A DNA stretch of 64,000 bases from Macrostomum hystrix (lineage: Eukaryota > Animalia > Platyhelminthes). The notes under the pieces are model-generated. The model saw nothing but the letters and a program-made list of their open reading frames with translations. It searched no databases and was not told where the DNA came from. Numbering within the stretch: the stretch's first letter is position 1; each line of letters starts with the position of its first letter. This document shows positions 33,960-46,700 of the stretch, one piece after another. The stretch lies in assembly GCA_950097015.1 (NCBI GenBank), contig CATNEN010000029.1, positions 5,766,001 to 5,830,000 of the forward strand, in the 5' to 3' direction. Both the position numbers and the translations under genes were made by a program.

Positions 33960-34620
33960 GAGTTTCCCGAAACTCGAATCCCATTTCCCGAAACTCGAAT
34001 CCCATTTCCCGAAACTCGAATCCCATTTCCCGAAACTCGGATCCCATTTCCTGAAACTCGAATCCCATTTCCCGAAACTCGGATCCCATTTCCTGAAACT
34101 CGAATCCCATTTCCCGAAACTCGAATCCCATTTCCCGAAACTCGAATCCCATTTCCCGAAACTCGAATCCCATTTCCCGAAACTCGGATCCCATTTCCCG
34201 AAACTCGGATCCCATTTCCCGAAACTCGGATCCCATTTCCCGAAACTCGGATCCCATTTCCTGAAACTCGAATCCCATTTCCCGAAACTCGGATCCCATT
34301 TCACGAAACTCGGATCCCATTTCCCGAAACTCGGATCCCATTTCCCGAAACTTTAATCCCATTTCCCGAAACACGAATTCCTTTTCTCGAAATCTGACTC
34401 TTATTTCCCGAAACTCGGATCTCTTTTTCTGAGAATTGACTCCTATTCTCCAAAATCCGATTCTCATTTTCCGAAATCTGACTCCCATTTTCCGAAATCT
34501 GACTCCCATTTTCCGAAATCTGACTCCCATTTTCCGAAATCTGACTCCCATTTTCCGAAATCTGACTCCCATTTCCGAAATCCGACTCCCATTTTCCGAA
34601 ATCCAACTCTCGTTTCCGAA
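33960..34620. repeat. 21-bp tandem arrays CCCATTTCCCGAAACTCG[A/G]AT grading into CCCATTTTCCGAAATCTGACT
   Basis: Direct periodicity with two related sub-arrays. Confidence 0.93.
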
Positions 34621-35979
34621 ATCTTGCTCTCTTGCTTTGTGGTGGCACTCACATTTTTACGTTCCGGGATTCCGCTCTGTTTCCGATCTCTATGATACTT
34701 TTTGCTCACTTTGCTACTCGCAGTAGCATCTTAAGTTTGTTTGCTAGCACTTTTGAAAGTCTATTGAACTTCATTTGTCTTAATTATTTCAATCTGTCAA
34801 CTTTCAGTAACTTTTTGTTTTGCATGTCTTTTGACACACCTTGTCAAGTCCTGTTGCTAGCTTTATTTAAACAATGCCATCTGCAAAAATGTTTTTTCTG
34901 TCTCAATATGTTTAATATGAAAGAATTTTTCCATAATATTTCAATGCATCCTTTTATTTTATTGAATTAAATAATATACAATATAGAACGCTTTTTACTT
35001 GTCGATATTTGCTGAAAATTGTTTCAAATTATCTGTCGGTTACAGAAACAACTGAGCTACCTACTCTAAGTCAATAGAATTTCCCATATATCAATATATC
35101 TTCCAGACTCCGATCTACCAGATTCCTGTCTACCAGACTCCTATATGATAGACTTTCTATATAGCTAGTATAGCTGATATCGCTGCTAGCCAAATATTAC
35201 TATAATATATATACGAGTACTATGCATAGCTATCTACCAGTCAACTGTCTACCAGACGCCTAGTACCAGTCTACGACCCGCTAATCTGTTATCTACGAGC
35301 TACCATCTAGCAGTTATTTTGTTGTTACTGAAATAAGTACACGAAGGACATGCAACATGCTAAACGGTTTCCTTCAAACGCAATTGATAGTCTCCAGTTC
35401 ATTGCACTTTCAAATTCAGCCTGAGGTACGTGTACAGGTACTTTACTCTTGGAAACGAGAAATTCTATAATATTGATATTTTTTCTAAACAGGGAGCCCA
35501 CTCGTTAAAATATGTGACAGGTGCGAGGTGAGACTTAAGACAAATTTGCAGAGCGTTCCTTACTTGGCCAGCTCTTTATTCCCAGGCAAACATCCTCTCA
35601 CGGCCTTCGTGCCTCTCTCCTCTCTCCTCTTCACAATGAGTGCGTGCCTCTGCCTCTCCCCCAATTCTTTCCTGAACTGGCTCAATTGTTCTCCAGCAGC
35701 CAGCAGACCGGATATTTGTGAGGCCAACCCAACCCAACACTCCGCTTCGTCACTACTGTCTTCCTGAGCTCCTGAGCAATGAGGATTGCCGAGAATGGCA
35801 GCTTTAACTGATGCAAACTTCTCCGTGCCCTAGCAGTGAGTGACTGCTTTCGAATGGGTTGCAGAGAAGGTGCGATAACGAGTTCAAGGTCGATTTAAAA
35901 ACTGACTGAGTGGTGAGCTTGAAGATCCCTGCAGATGTCGAGAGGCTTCGAGAAAATGAGACTGGACCCCAGGTTCGTA

Positions 35980-36240
35980 GCGGGGGTGGAAGCGAGAACG
36001 TGACAGTGAGGTAGCGGTGATGGAAGCGAGAAGGTGACAGTGAGGTAGCGGTGGTGGAAGCGAGAAGGTGACAGTGAGGTAGCGGTGGTGGAAGCGAGAA
36101 GGTGACAGTGAGGTAGCGGTGATGGAAGCGAGAAGGTGACAGTGAGGTAGCGGTGATGGAAGCGAGAAGGTGACAGTGAGGTAGCGGGGGTGGAAGCGAG
36201 AAGGTGACAGTGAGGTAGCGGTGGTGGAAGCGAGAAGGTT
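35980..36240. repeat. 34-bp tandem repeat GGAAGCGAGAAGGTGACAGTGAGGTAGCGGTG[A/G]T (~7 copies)
   Basis: TGACAGTGAG recurs at 36001 and 36035. Confidence 0.92.
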
Positions 36241-36774
36241 CTGCGGGGCGAACTCAAAACTGAGAAGCTAAGATTTACACGTCGGTAGCAAGCAAAAGTT
36301 AAGTTACAAATGAGAATTTGTGACGCAGTTTTTGTTTTTTTAATCATTGTTAATGACATAGCGAATTATTGCTCTTTCTATTTAAGTGTGTTTGCGTGTG
36401 TTTGTGTGTGTTGATCTCATTGATCTTAATAGCTAATTGGTCAGAAATCAGAGCCAATCTTTGATGGACTGTTCAGATTCAGTACCTTTGCTAAATTGCA
36501 AACAGCTTGTTTTTTGTTGCCAACTTTAACTTCTTTACCTTAGAAAACCAAGTTTTGGTTTTATTAGGTTTTTTAATTGCCAAAACCTTGCGTCACGAGA
36601 TACTAATTAACACTGGCCAGATAGGATTACCTTTGAACTGATGGCTAGATCATTAGCTGGATTAAACAAAAGCTTTCCAGTTGTCGAGAAATCTGGACAT
36701 CTATCTTTGTCTACGCAGAATTTATTACTGCATGAATTTGTGCCTGGAGAGATAATACTGTAATCAGCAACCAG

Positions 36775-37345
36775 CTTCAGTTACCGAGGCTCTACAGTGT
36801 CAGATTCAAGGGTGTCAGCAGTCAGTTACCGAGGCTCCAGTGTCAGACTCGCGAGTGTCAACAGCCAGTTACTGAGGCTCTATAGTGTCAGATTCAAGAG
36901 TGTCAGCAGCCAGTTACCGAGGCTCTACAGTGTCAGCAGTCAGTTACCGAGGCTCCAGTGTCAGACTCGCGAGTGTCAGCAGCCAGTTACCGAGGCTCTA
37001 TAGTGTCAGCAGTCAGTTACCGAGGCTCTATAGTGTCAGCAGTCAGTTACCGAAGCTCTATAGTGTCAGACTCGCGAGTATCAGTGCAGTCAGTTACCGA
37101 GGCTCCAGTGTCAGACTCGCGAGTATCGGAGCAGTCAGTTACCGAGGCTCCAGTGTCAGACTCGCGAGTATCAGAGCAGTCAGTTACCGAGGCTCTATAG
37201 TGTCAGACTCGCGAGTGTCAGCAGCCAGTTACCGAGGCTCTATAGTGTCAGACTCGCGAGTGTCAGCAGCCAGTTACCGAGGCTCTATAGTGTCAGACTC
37301 GCGAGTGTCAGACCAGCCAGTTACCGGGGCTCCAGTGTCCATCAT
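36775..37345. repeat. Compound tandem array, ~45-bp unit CAGTTACCGAGGCTCTATAGTGTCAGACTCGCGAGTGTCAGCAGC plus shortened ~29-bp units
   Basis: Repeated CAGTTACCGAGGCTC anchors. The internal palindrome ACTCGCGAGT is present or absent depending on the unit. Confidence 0.92.
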
Positions 37346-38767
37346 CTAGTACTAAAATTCCACACGTGCATTAGCCAGCATGTATTATGCATAAGGCGCT
37401 CAACTGCTGGACAGAATGGGTTCTGCAAATATATATATCAGTCCCTCAGAGTCTGCGGGAGATCTACTGGGAGAGAGGATTATAATGCCCTAGCAGCCCT
37501 AGAATGCAGATTTTTAGGGTACAGTCGCAAGCTACTTATTGATATGCCGTCGGATGGAGCCGCTAATGATGATCATAAACGGAAGCCCATTTTGGAACCA
37601 CTAGGTAAAGATAATGCTTATTTATAGGGGCCATCTAATGGTTTCGAGCTTGTGACTTGCCTGCATCGATCGCAGGTTCTTTTAAGAAAAGGCCTAAAGT
37701 AAATGTGCCCCTTCCGAGAAAACTAAAAATAGAATCTGTAACTTCATAAAAGTTTTTCTTGTGCATAATAGAATTTTGAATAATTTTCCACTATGAAATG
37801 GTTTCGTTTGGTAAGGCTTCATTTGTTATCTAAATTGACAAAAGAAATTACACTGTGGCACAGCCGCAGCTATTACGTGGCGATTCCAAAGTCGGTGTAC
37901 AGGTGTTAAGTCTGTGGACAGGGGAGGCCACTAAACCCGCTTAAAAACTTAAAAACACTATGGAGTTAAGGGCCTAGCTCAAGAACAAAAGACGTCTTCC
38001 TTGGGCTGAGATTCAAACTCATTTCCATAGCCTAAAGCTCCAAGATGTAGTCTAGAGAAATCAGTTGAGCATTGGTCTGCCATAGTCCAATCGGGTTACA
38101 GATTGAAATGACTATTGGAATCAGATACTTATACTTGTGTAGGCATGAAATTAAAATGCCGATACCTCGCTGGTTTACTATCCATTGGTAAGAGGAGCTA
38201 TTGGTAGCGACTGAGAAATCAGATCTCAGTGACCGTGACGTTTCAGCATCACCGCAATCTAAGCATGTGGATACGGCAACATTCATCAGGCCACTTTACT
38301 GAAATAATAGATGAGGCCTATTACAAAGGAGTGATTGGATGAACAGCGGAGGAACCTCAGTTGAGCTACTGAACAATGAGCTGATATCAAGTCCATTCAA
38401 GCCCTACCCTTAGGCGCTGTCGAGTTTTCTATAGCCTAGCATCAAAGTACTTAAAGCGATGGATCAGAAAAGATACACACACAGAGGGATACAAATTTAG
38501 AATGCAGTAGATAAGAGTTTGCTTTTTTGACATTAATGATACACAGAAACAATTCACAGCTTCAAAGGGAACTCTCGTTGTTGCTGTGTCTTGAGGGCAT
38601 TGTGTAGAAAATTATAGAAAAAACGATATCTCGAATTTTTATGAAGAGTCTAAGAGTATACAGCAGTTTCACATCCTGGATGCGAAACTATGAGAATTAG
38701 GGAAAAATAATAGCAATAATTTTGCGAGAGGGCTGTGAGCCACTGTTGGAGGCTTAAAGAGGAGTGC

Positions 38768-38935
38768 GCATCTGCCCTGACTTTCTCATCGTGAGGCAGT
38801 GTACAATCTCACTGTGCCTTGGCCCTTAAGGGCACGAATGGCACGAAAAACCGCGCAAGACTTCTCACCGCGGAATCGAGCTCAGGACCCTCGATGCGAG
38901 AGGCAGACACGTTAACCGCTCTGCCTTTGACCCCC
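38768..38935 (-). mobile_element. tRNA-derived SINE family B, 5' part
   Basis: The reverse complement matches the heads at 8388 and 9266 (GCAGAGCGGTTAACGTGTCTGCCTCTCGCATCGAGGGTCCTGAGCTCGATTCCGCGGTGAG). Confidence 0.75.
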
Positions 38936-40764
38936 ATCTAAGCTGAGAGTAAACCGGCAGCTTGTTTCGTCAGGGCTAACAAATGAGTGAACACAATGTC
39001 GTGAAACAGTCAGATTTCGCTGCCCATTTCCGTTGCTTCTATAGCGGCTCTTTGCGCCGTGTCTTTAGAGACGTCCTGAATCTAATTTAAGTTGGGCGAT
39101 TCTGACTGGCTCATTCCTGCACCTCATCGTGGCCCTTAATTCACGGTTAATACTAGTCAAAGGCAAAAGGGTACATTGTCTTCCGACAAAGCGAATATGA
39201 TACACCTGCATTTGCACTACAGCAGCTAAAAAGCTGGGAACAAACGCGGGCTGCATTGGCATTCACAAAGCCAAAGAAAATGGGAGTGGGAAACAGGGAT
39301 GATTCTGGCCTTTGCCGAATAGGTGCTGGCTTGGGAACAAAGGAAAATACAGCTGTATCATTTCAGGCGACTGAGGAGAGCCGTGGCTTTGGCAGTAAGC
39401 ATGCTGGAAATTCGATGATCACGTAGGTCCTTTTTCCACCGTCCAGAAAGCAGGTCGGCAAGCCCTCTCAGTTTCTCCTGCCCTTGTTCCCCCACTCCCC
39501 TTCTCAGACTCGATCGATTTGTCAGAAGGCTTCTGGCAGGCAGACAAGAGCGACGAAATCAAAGGGAAATAAGACAGACATCCCCACCCACCTTTATTCG
39601 CGGTTGCGTGTCACTGCGAACGACGTGTCCGTCGCTTTGACTCCTTGTTACTACTTTCTAATGCTGCTACTCTTCAGAAGATTCAAAAGATTCAATCAGC
39701 TTTGCCTGCTACTGTGCTGAAACCTCTTCTTATATTAAAGAATAATCCAGTCCATTAGAAAAATTAGTTCCCTAATTTTAGTCCTTCAGTTTGTTCTTGT
39801 CTCCCTTTCTGCCCCGAGAATAGGTTAATTAATTAGCGAAAAGCTTCTTTACTAAATTTCCTAGTCAAGGTTGAATTCTTGCATCCATGCAGCAAACCCA
39901 AGTGTGCGGTCATTCTAAACAGAGCTCAACACCGCTCTAGCGAAGGGGAAAGGAATGGGAACAGGATGTCCTCAACGGTCTGGTCATAAACAGCAAATTA
40001 CGCTCGTACGCAGCATCCCTCTCTGGGATTCTCAGACATCATGGCTAAAGTGCGCCGTCAATGTGCGCCGTTGAACTTGTTGATCTATTTCATTGCCTCA
40101 TCAGAGTCGCGACCACAGCATGAGAAAAATGATTTGACTCATCAGAGTCTCTGTTGAACATTTGAAAATATTTAATGTGTTTCTTTTGTTACATTAAACT
40201 CCTGAATAAGAATCGGATTAAATTCATTGGGGCTAAGTCTCTATCTCACTTTCAGTCCCTACCACCAAGCCTTTGATCCAAGCCGAAATCTAGCCAAGCC
40301 CTCAATAGGTCAATGTGTAGGCAGCATTGATGACATGACAATAGTAATGGTCTATTCAGTACTAAAGCGCAAGATTTGAATGATGATTGAGCAGCGGAAA
40401 TGGACTTGTAGGACTCGCAAGTCTTCCGTTTTCATTCTTGAACTCAACTACTGGTTCTCTCTACCTAAGAACGTTTAAACATCATGCAGTCAGTCAGGTT
40501 TCTCGCTGCTGGAGCATATTAAGTGAGGAATTTCCTTTCCTGAGAGTCACACAATGCTCTGGCAGTCAGTTTTGCGTTTCGGCACTCGAAAGCGGTCACA
40601 TTTTTCATGCTCGTAAGTGTCTCTGGTTTGAAGGCTGGAGCTCAACCACTAAGCACGCTAAATGAAATGCTTGCACTTCGTGCCTGAAAACACAAAACGT
40701 GGGCCCGGTAGAGGAGAAACCAATGACACGCTTACAATCACATCCTTGCCCAATATTTACCCAG

Positions 40765-43700
40765 CAACGTCGCGATTGGCTGGCGGGCTGGGCGAAAAAA
40801 GAATCTATTCAGCCTTAAGAAGGACACGATAGGCGCCAGGAACAAGTGGTGGCCCAAGGTGTCTAGCCAACGCCAGCGCAACACACCCACCCGGTTCTCG
40901 GCTTTCGCTGACCTAGCGTCAGTCGCCACGGCTGCAGCCATTCTGAGCGTACCTTTGCTGAAGGGCCACGATGACAGTGGCCCGCAGGCGCCCGGGCTGC
41001 CGCCTTCTTCGGGCAGGGACCGAGTCCGAGGCGCCTCTGTGTCCGGACTGCCGTCCACTTCAGCATCCTCGACGCCTGGAGGAGGCTGGCCGGGTCGGTT
41101 GCGGTCTGCAGCAGGCGGCGCAAGCAGCGGAGGCAGCTGCGGCAGCGGCAGAGGCAGCGCCAGCGCAGCTGAAGACGAAGACGAATGGGAAGTCAGCATC
41201 GATCGCCCACCTCAGTCGGTGGGCTTTTTCGCAGTTAACGATGTGGGACGCGGCGGCGCTGCTCGACACGAGGATAGTGACGAAGAGCAGCGATTAGTTA
41301 AGGTAAGCGATCTGAAGAAGACTCTGCTTTCTTTATGCTCTCAGTGAAAAAATGCATTGACGATTTCAGTAGATTATGGAAGCTTTGCTTGATGGCTACC
41401 AACACAAACACTTTCGTAGCATTTTAAGGCAAGTCAATTGATTTCAACAGGTGATAAATAATAGATTAGGAAATAAGAGTTTGGATTCGGTTTAGAGACC
41501 AGGTATAGTTATCTGGTATTAATAATCAGTGATTGACTTACTTGACTTAGCTGCAGGGGGCATCCTTCGGATGCAGCGGGGAGGCGTTGCCGCCAATTCC
41601 GCTAGCCCCACGGGCAACTAAAGCTGCGGTGTCGCGTAGGGGGATCCGATGATGCCGGCGTCCACAGCGCGGTCCTCCTCCGGAGAGTCCAGGAGGTAGA
41701 GAGTCGCTCGCCCGGTAACGGACGAGCTGGCAGATGTTCTCAGGCCTGAAAACGTCGGAGAGATCCGGGTTTGTGCCGAGATAGGTGAGCCTGTCCTGAG
41801 TGAAGGCGGGGCAGTCGCAGAAAAAATGCTCTGCATCCTCAACGTAGGAGAGGCAGAAAAGGCACTCCTCACTGCAGATTTTGCCTTGCAGGAAGCGGTG
41901 CCTGGCGAAACAGCCGTGGCCAGAGAAGCCATGCATCGTGACTGCGCTGATGTCCCTGCGGTTAAGTCCAAGCAGGGCTTTGGGGAGGGCAGTGGAGGGA
42001 CAAGGAACAGCAGCGCGAGACTGCCGACAATCGGCGGTGTTGATCCACCTGTCCTTGTGCTTAGAGACCACCCACTAATTAATCCGAGTGGTGACGACGG
42101 CGGTAGGGGTGGAGACCACAGGCAGGGGGCCAAAAAGCGAACCCGTCGAACTGGCCTTGGCGAGGCTGTCGGCCAATTCGTTACCTGGGTGGCCAGAGTG
42201 CAGAGTGCTGAGAGCAGAGTGCCTTGGAATCCACCTTAGGGACACTTTGTTACGACAAAATAAATGGTGGTCTTACTATGGTAGTGTAAATCCACCAGAG
42301 ACGGCGGGGGTGAGGCCCCAGGTAGCACCGAGAGCTCTGCGAATCTGCGCAAGCAGATTTTGAGTTTGACGTGAGGTGTCCAGCTTAACCTGTGGTCGAG
42401 GATGACACCCAAGCATCTAGTTTGCTTCTCCATGGCGATGGGTTTGTCATAGAGAAGAAGCGGCTCAATCCTCCAGTTTCGCTTGCTGGTGAACATGATG
42501 ACAATGGTCTTCGACTTAGAGTTTGAGGCCGCAGCTATGAGCCCAGCGCTCGGCACGGTGGATGAAAGCTTGCAGAACGTCTCTAAGGACCGGGGGTGAC
42601 GGTCCAGCCACCGTGGTGGTAACATCGTCAGCATAGCCGATTTTCTGGACCGGGTCCGGGTCAGGGCTGCAGAGCAGCTCGTCCATGACAAGGTTCCAGA
42701 GGATCGGAATAAAAATGCCACCCTGTGGGCCTCCTTTCAGGACTTTCACAGAACGGGAGTGGCCAAGCAGGTGCGAGGTGGCAGTTCGGTGAGAGATCAA
42801 ATACATGATCCAGCGGGTAAGGTGCTCGTGCGTAGCCCGGTGCTCCAGGGCAAGCCTAAAGGCTTTGAAAAGCACATTGTGGAAGGTACCGCCAATGTTG
42901 AGGAAGAGCGAGAGAGCAAAACCAGTGCCAAGCACGGCGCGCTCCAGCTTGCTGACAATGGCATGCAGAGAACTTTCGATGGAACGTCCGGCAGCGCGAG
43001 CTATCTGTTCTCTAGTGATAATGGTGGCCGCTAGGATGTGTCCACCCGGAGTGTGGTCCGGCGGGTCCTGTAGTGGCGCGGTCCGGGGGAAAGCGCTGGC
43101 GAGCATGATGTCCAGCGATTCGCCAGGATTCTCAGCAAGCCGGCCATCCGGTCTTTTGATCACTGAGGGCTTCAACATTTTGTCAAGAGTGAGCGCTTTT
43201 ACAACGCGAGAGGTTGCTCGGCACAGTATTGGCGCCACTTTTCGGACTTTGTTTTCTGGTGTCACGCCTAAAGTCGCGAATCGCGTCCTGGTAAGTGGTC
43301 AGGTCAGCTTGGTCCTTGCTTTTCCGCGCAATCCGCGGCAGGGATTTGGTCTTGCGCCAGAGGGTTCCATGCGCTGGGTTCCATCAGGAGCGGATTTTTT
43401 GCCTTTGTAGGCTTTGAGGGGGCAAGAGGTTTCATGAGCTGTCAGGATGGTCGCACTGAGTAGATCAGCGAGATCGTCCACTTCCTGACAGGTGGCAGGA
43501 ACAGCGGTTTCAAAGTGGTTGGTCTGACTCTTCACGGAGTCCGCAAAGGCCATCCCAGGGACAACTAAAGCCCTCGGGACGCGAAACGAGCCAATTCATG
43601 GCAAGAAATCTGAGGGGCTCGCTTAAAAGTATTGTTCTATGGCTTTTTCGAGTCTTCTCTGCTATCAAGCAAATAAAAATTGCTTTAGCTGCGGCCAGCA

Positions 43701-46700
43701 GTGAAGCTAAGCTGAACTATATCAAGAGAAGCATTTTTTATTCACTTGATGAAATGCCAAGAAAGTGCAGCGTGTTATTAAGGACTTTTACTTTCCAACT
43801 AAGACACAGTTCAGCATGGACAGTGTGTCCCGTCGGCTAGCCAACGTTTTTTTCAAAGGACTAGTAAGACGCTCGTCAAAACTCCCACCAATACCGACGA
43901 CATCCCATGATAGAAAGCTTCGGAAGTTAGATGCTCAGTAGGTGAAGTTCCAGCGTTTCCTATATGTACGAGATACTGACTGTTTGTGTCGTCTTGTCCT
44001 TGGAGTTCCGTATTTGCTTCTTTTTTCTTGCCGTTGGAGTTTCATCTTCGCTTTCATCCTTTATCTTCTTGCCGTTGGAGTTTCATCTTCGCTTTCATCC
44101 TTTATCTTCTTGCCGTTGGAGTTTCATCTTCGCTTTCATCCTTTATCTTCTTGCCGTTGGAGTTTTTTTGTTGATATGGCGGTTACTTTATTGTAAATAC
44201 ATTGTAACTACGCTCGTATATCACTGGTTCCTATTATTTAATTTAAATACTCGACATTGCCTCGCTTTACTATTTAATCTAACCGTTAATGCCTGATAGC
44301 AGAGAAGACTTGAAAAAGCCATAGAACAATACTTTTAAGCGAGCCCCTCAGATTTTTTGCCATGAATTGGCTCGTTTCGCGTCCCGAGGGTTTTAGTTGT
44401 CCCTGGGCCATCCAGTCAGTGTTCCGGGCGTTCCTTTTCCACAGAATACCAGGCTTGGAGTAGGAGCTTTACAACATTGTATCAATTTGTATCAATAATC
44501 AGTGATACTCAATCATTCGTTTTTTCATTTAGCGTCAGGTGTACATCTGCGTAGTGTTCATGAAAATTGGCGAGATCGACACAATAAAGGAGCAGTTTGC
44601 TGCGGATGTGCTCATCAAAGCCAAGTGGCGAGAGCCGGAACTTGACCACAGAAACAACGAGCGGGGCCATCTGGTGAGATACTGTTCCTTTACTCACACA
44701 CACCCACACACACACCATGATTACTTGTGAGCATGTTAATAAAAAAACTAAAAGAGCACAAGAGTGCATAAAAAAAGCTGTTGGGAATTTTTTGCGGTAC
44801 ATATTCTGCTTTTTGATTTGATTTGATATTTCTTCTGCTGTTAGAAATATGAAATTTGGAGCTTTCTTAGAAAAATTCTTCTTGAAATTTGCACGGGTGG
44901 TACATACCGGTTCCAAATCGCACGTAAATGAAAAGCGGAGCTCGTTTTTCAAAAACGAGTTTTTAAAACGACTCAACCAGATTTTCAACTTCTGCTGGGC
45001 ACTGACTGCACTATCTTTTCTAATACGTTGATGCGTTGATGAGGTTGTAGCCTTGTGGTTAGAGCATCGGACTCATGACTCCGACGAACTCAGACTTATG
45101 TCGGGGGTTCGATTCCTGACTCCACTGGAAAAATTTGTGTCCTTTAGCAAGACACTTAACTCTGCATTTCTTCATTTCACCCAGTTGTACAGTATTACCA
45201 GTATTAGCTAGGATAATTGAAGGTGGGTGTGGCAACCCCCTTATTTTAATAAATTATTATTATTATTTTATCATACGGAATTTTCGGTCTCGCAACGTTT
45301 CGCAAGCTTTAGATTTCATTGTGCTAAAGTAGCATTTTAAAGTAGCATTGGTGCGGAATCGAGCTCAGGGACCTTGGTGCGAGAGGCAGACGCGTTAGAC
45401 CACTCTGCTACTGACCCCAAGCGTTCTATATTTCTTTTGACATTCTTTAGTAGAATAGTAGAAGTGACAGCTTTAATTGCTCGAGTTCTCTGTCCTTTGT
45501 CCTCATTTGCTCATTTATGATAGTTGTCAGTTTCAGTCTATTTCTTTGCCTTCTATACAATAGGATCTAATAACATATTAAATTGCTTTCACAATCGAGT
45601 ACAGTTTGTAGTAGAAATATTGTATTGAGCATAAAATGGTTAGTAAATAAACAGTTCTTTTTAATTTAATTAAATTTCGTCTCGGAAAATTTTTTGTCTG
45701 ATGAATATCAGAACCAAAGCTTTCAGACGCTATAAGATCTTAAAAGGTTTCTCAGTACGACAAGACTCGACTAGATATATTCATTTACTCAGCCGACAAG
45801 TAGACCTTGCTGAAGACTGGCGCAAAAGGGAACCATTTAGAAATCAAAGCCAATATGTTCTTTCATCTACTAGGATGCTATACCTTGGGAATGAAGATAT
45901 AGGATGATTAAAAAGGGATTACATGGATTGAATTTCCGACTGCTCCAGTGTGGCTCAAGCGCATTCAACCCAGGCTTCGCGTGACCATCGGCTTTGGACA
46001 TTTTGGCACAATCTGAGTTGTATTTCGAATGTGAATGTGACAACATTTATTTTGTACTGCGTGTGTGCCGTGCGTGCGACTGCTCAAAGAACATTCATAT
46101 TTCGATTTTTCAGTTCAATATAGGTCCAATGTGTGCTTTACTAATAAGAAATCCATGATCATGGAGACGCGAAATTAAGAACAAACAGGTGTTTCTTTAA
46201 CAGGTGATATTTAAATCACTCGGAGTTGGTTTAGTAGCTTTAGTTTGCTGTCGAGGCTACACTTTTCTGCAGATCTTTTCTTCGCTAGTTTTTCAATAAT
46301 TTTTATGACTAACCATGCGCGCAAAAATTACAAATAACCTTCTGGTTGTCCCCTTTTTATATGTTTCTTCATCAATAACAAAAACATAAATATAAATCGG
46401 CACCAGTTAAGGGCATGTGTTTCGCTAGTCTTTTTTACTAGTAATTATATTGTATCGTCTCGAGTAGTTGAAGAAGTTTTTGGACACAGACAACGAATCA
46501 ATTTTGTCCATCAGTGACAGTAACACAGCTTTAAATTCTTATATAGCAGCGCTGTATGAGTGGTACTTTGACACTGCACATTTCAGGACTATGATTGGTC
46601 CACGAGTTGGACACCGAAGCTTTACATTGAAAACACCATCGGCGAGGGCAAGGAGCAGGTCTACCAGATGATCTCATTCAACGAGGTGGGCCACGCCTTC

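Noticed and set aside
40738-41269. Minus-strand Ala/Pro-rich ORFs at 40.7-41.3 kb
   Set aside because: These are shadow frames of a GC-rich segment better explained as the plus-strand exon ending at the donor at 41303.
45701-45907. Additional channel exon at the acceptor-like TTTACTCAG (45792)
   Set aside because: Phase 0 entry hits a stop. Exons 44539-44673 and 46587-46775 already join into a collinear domain.
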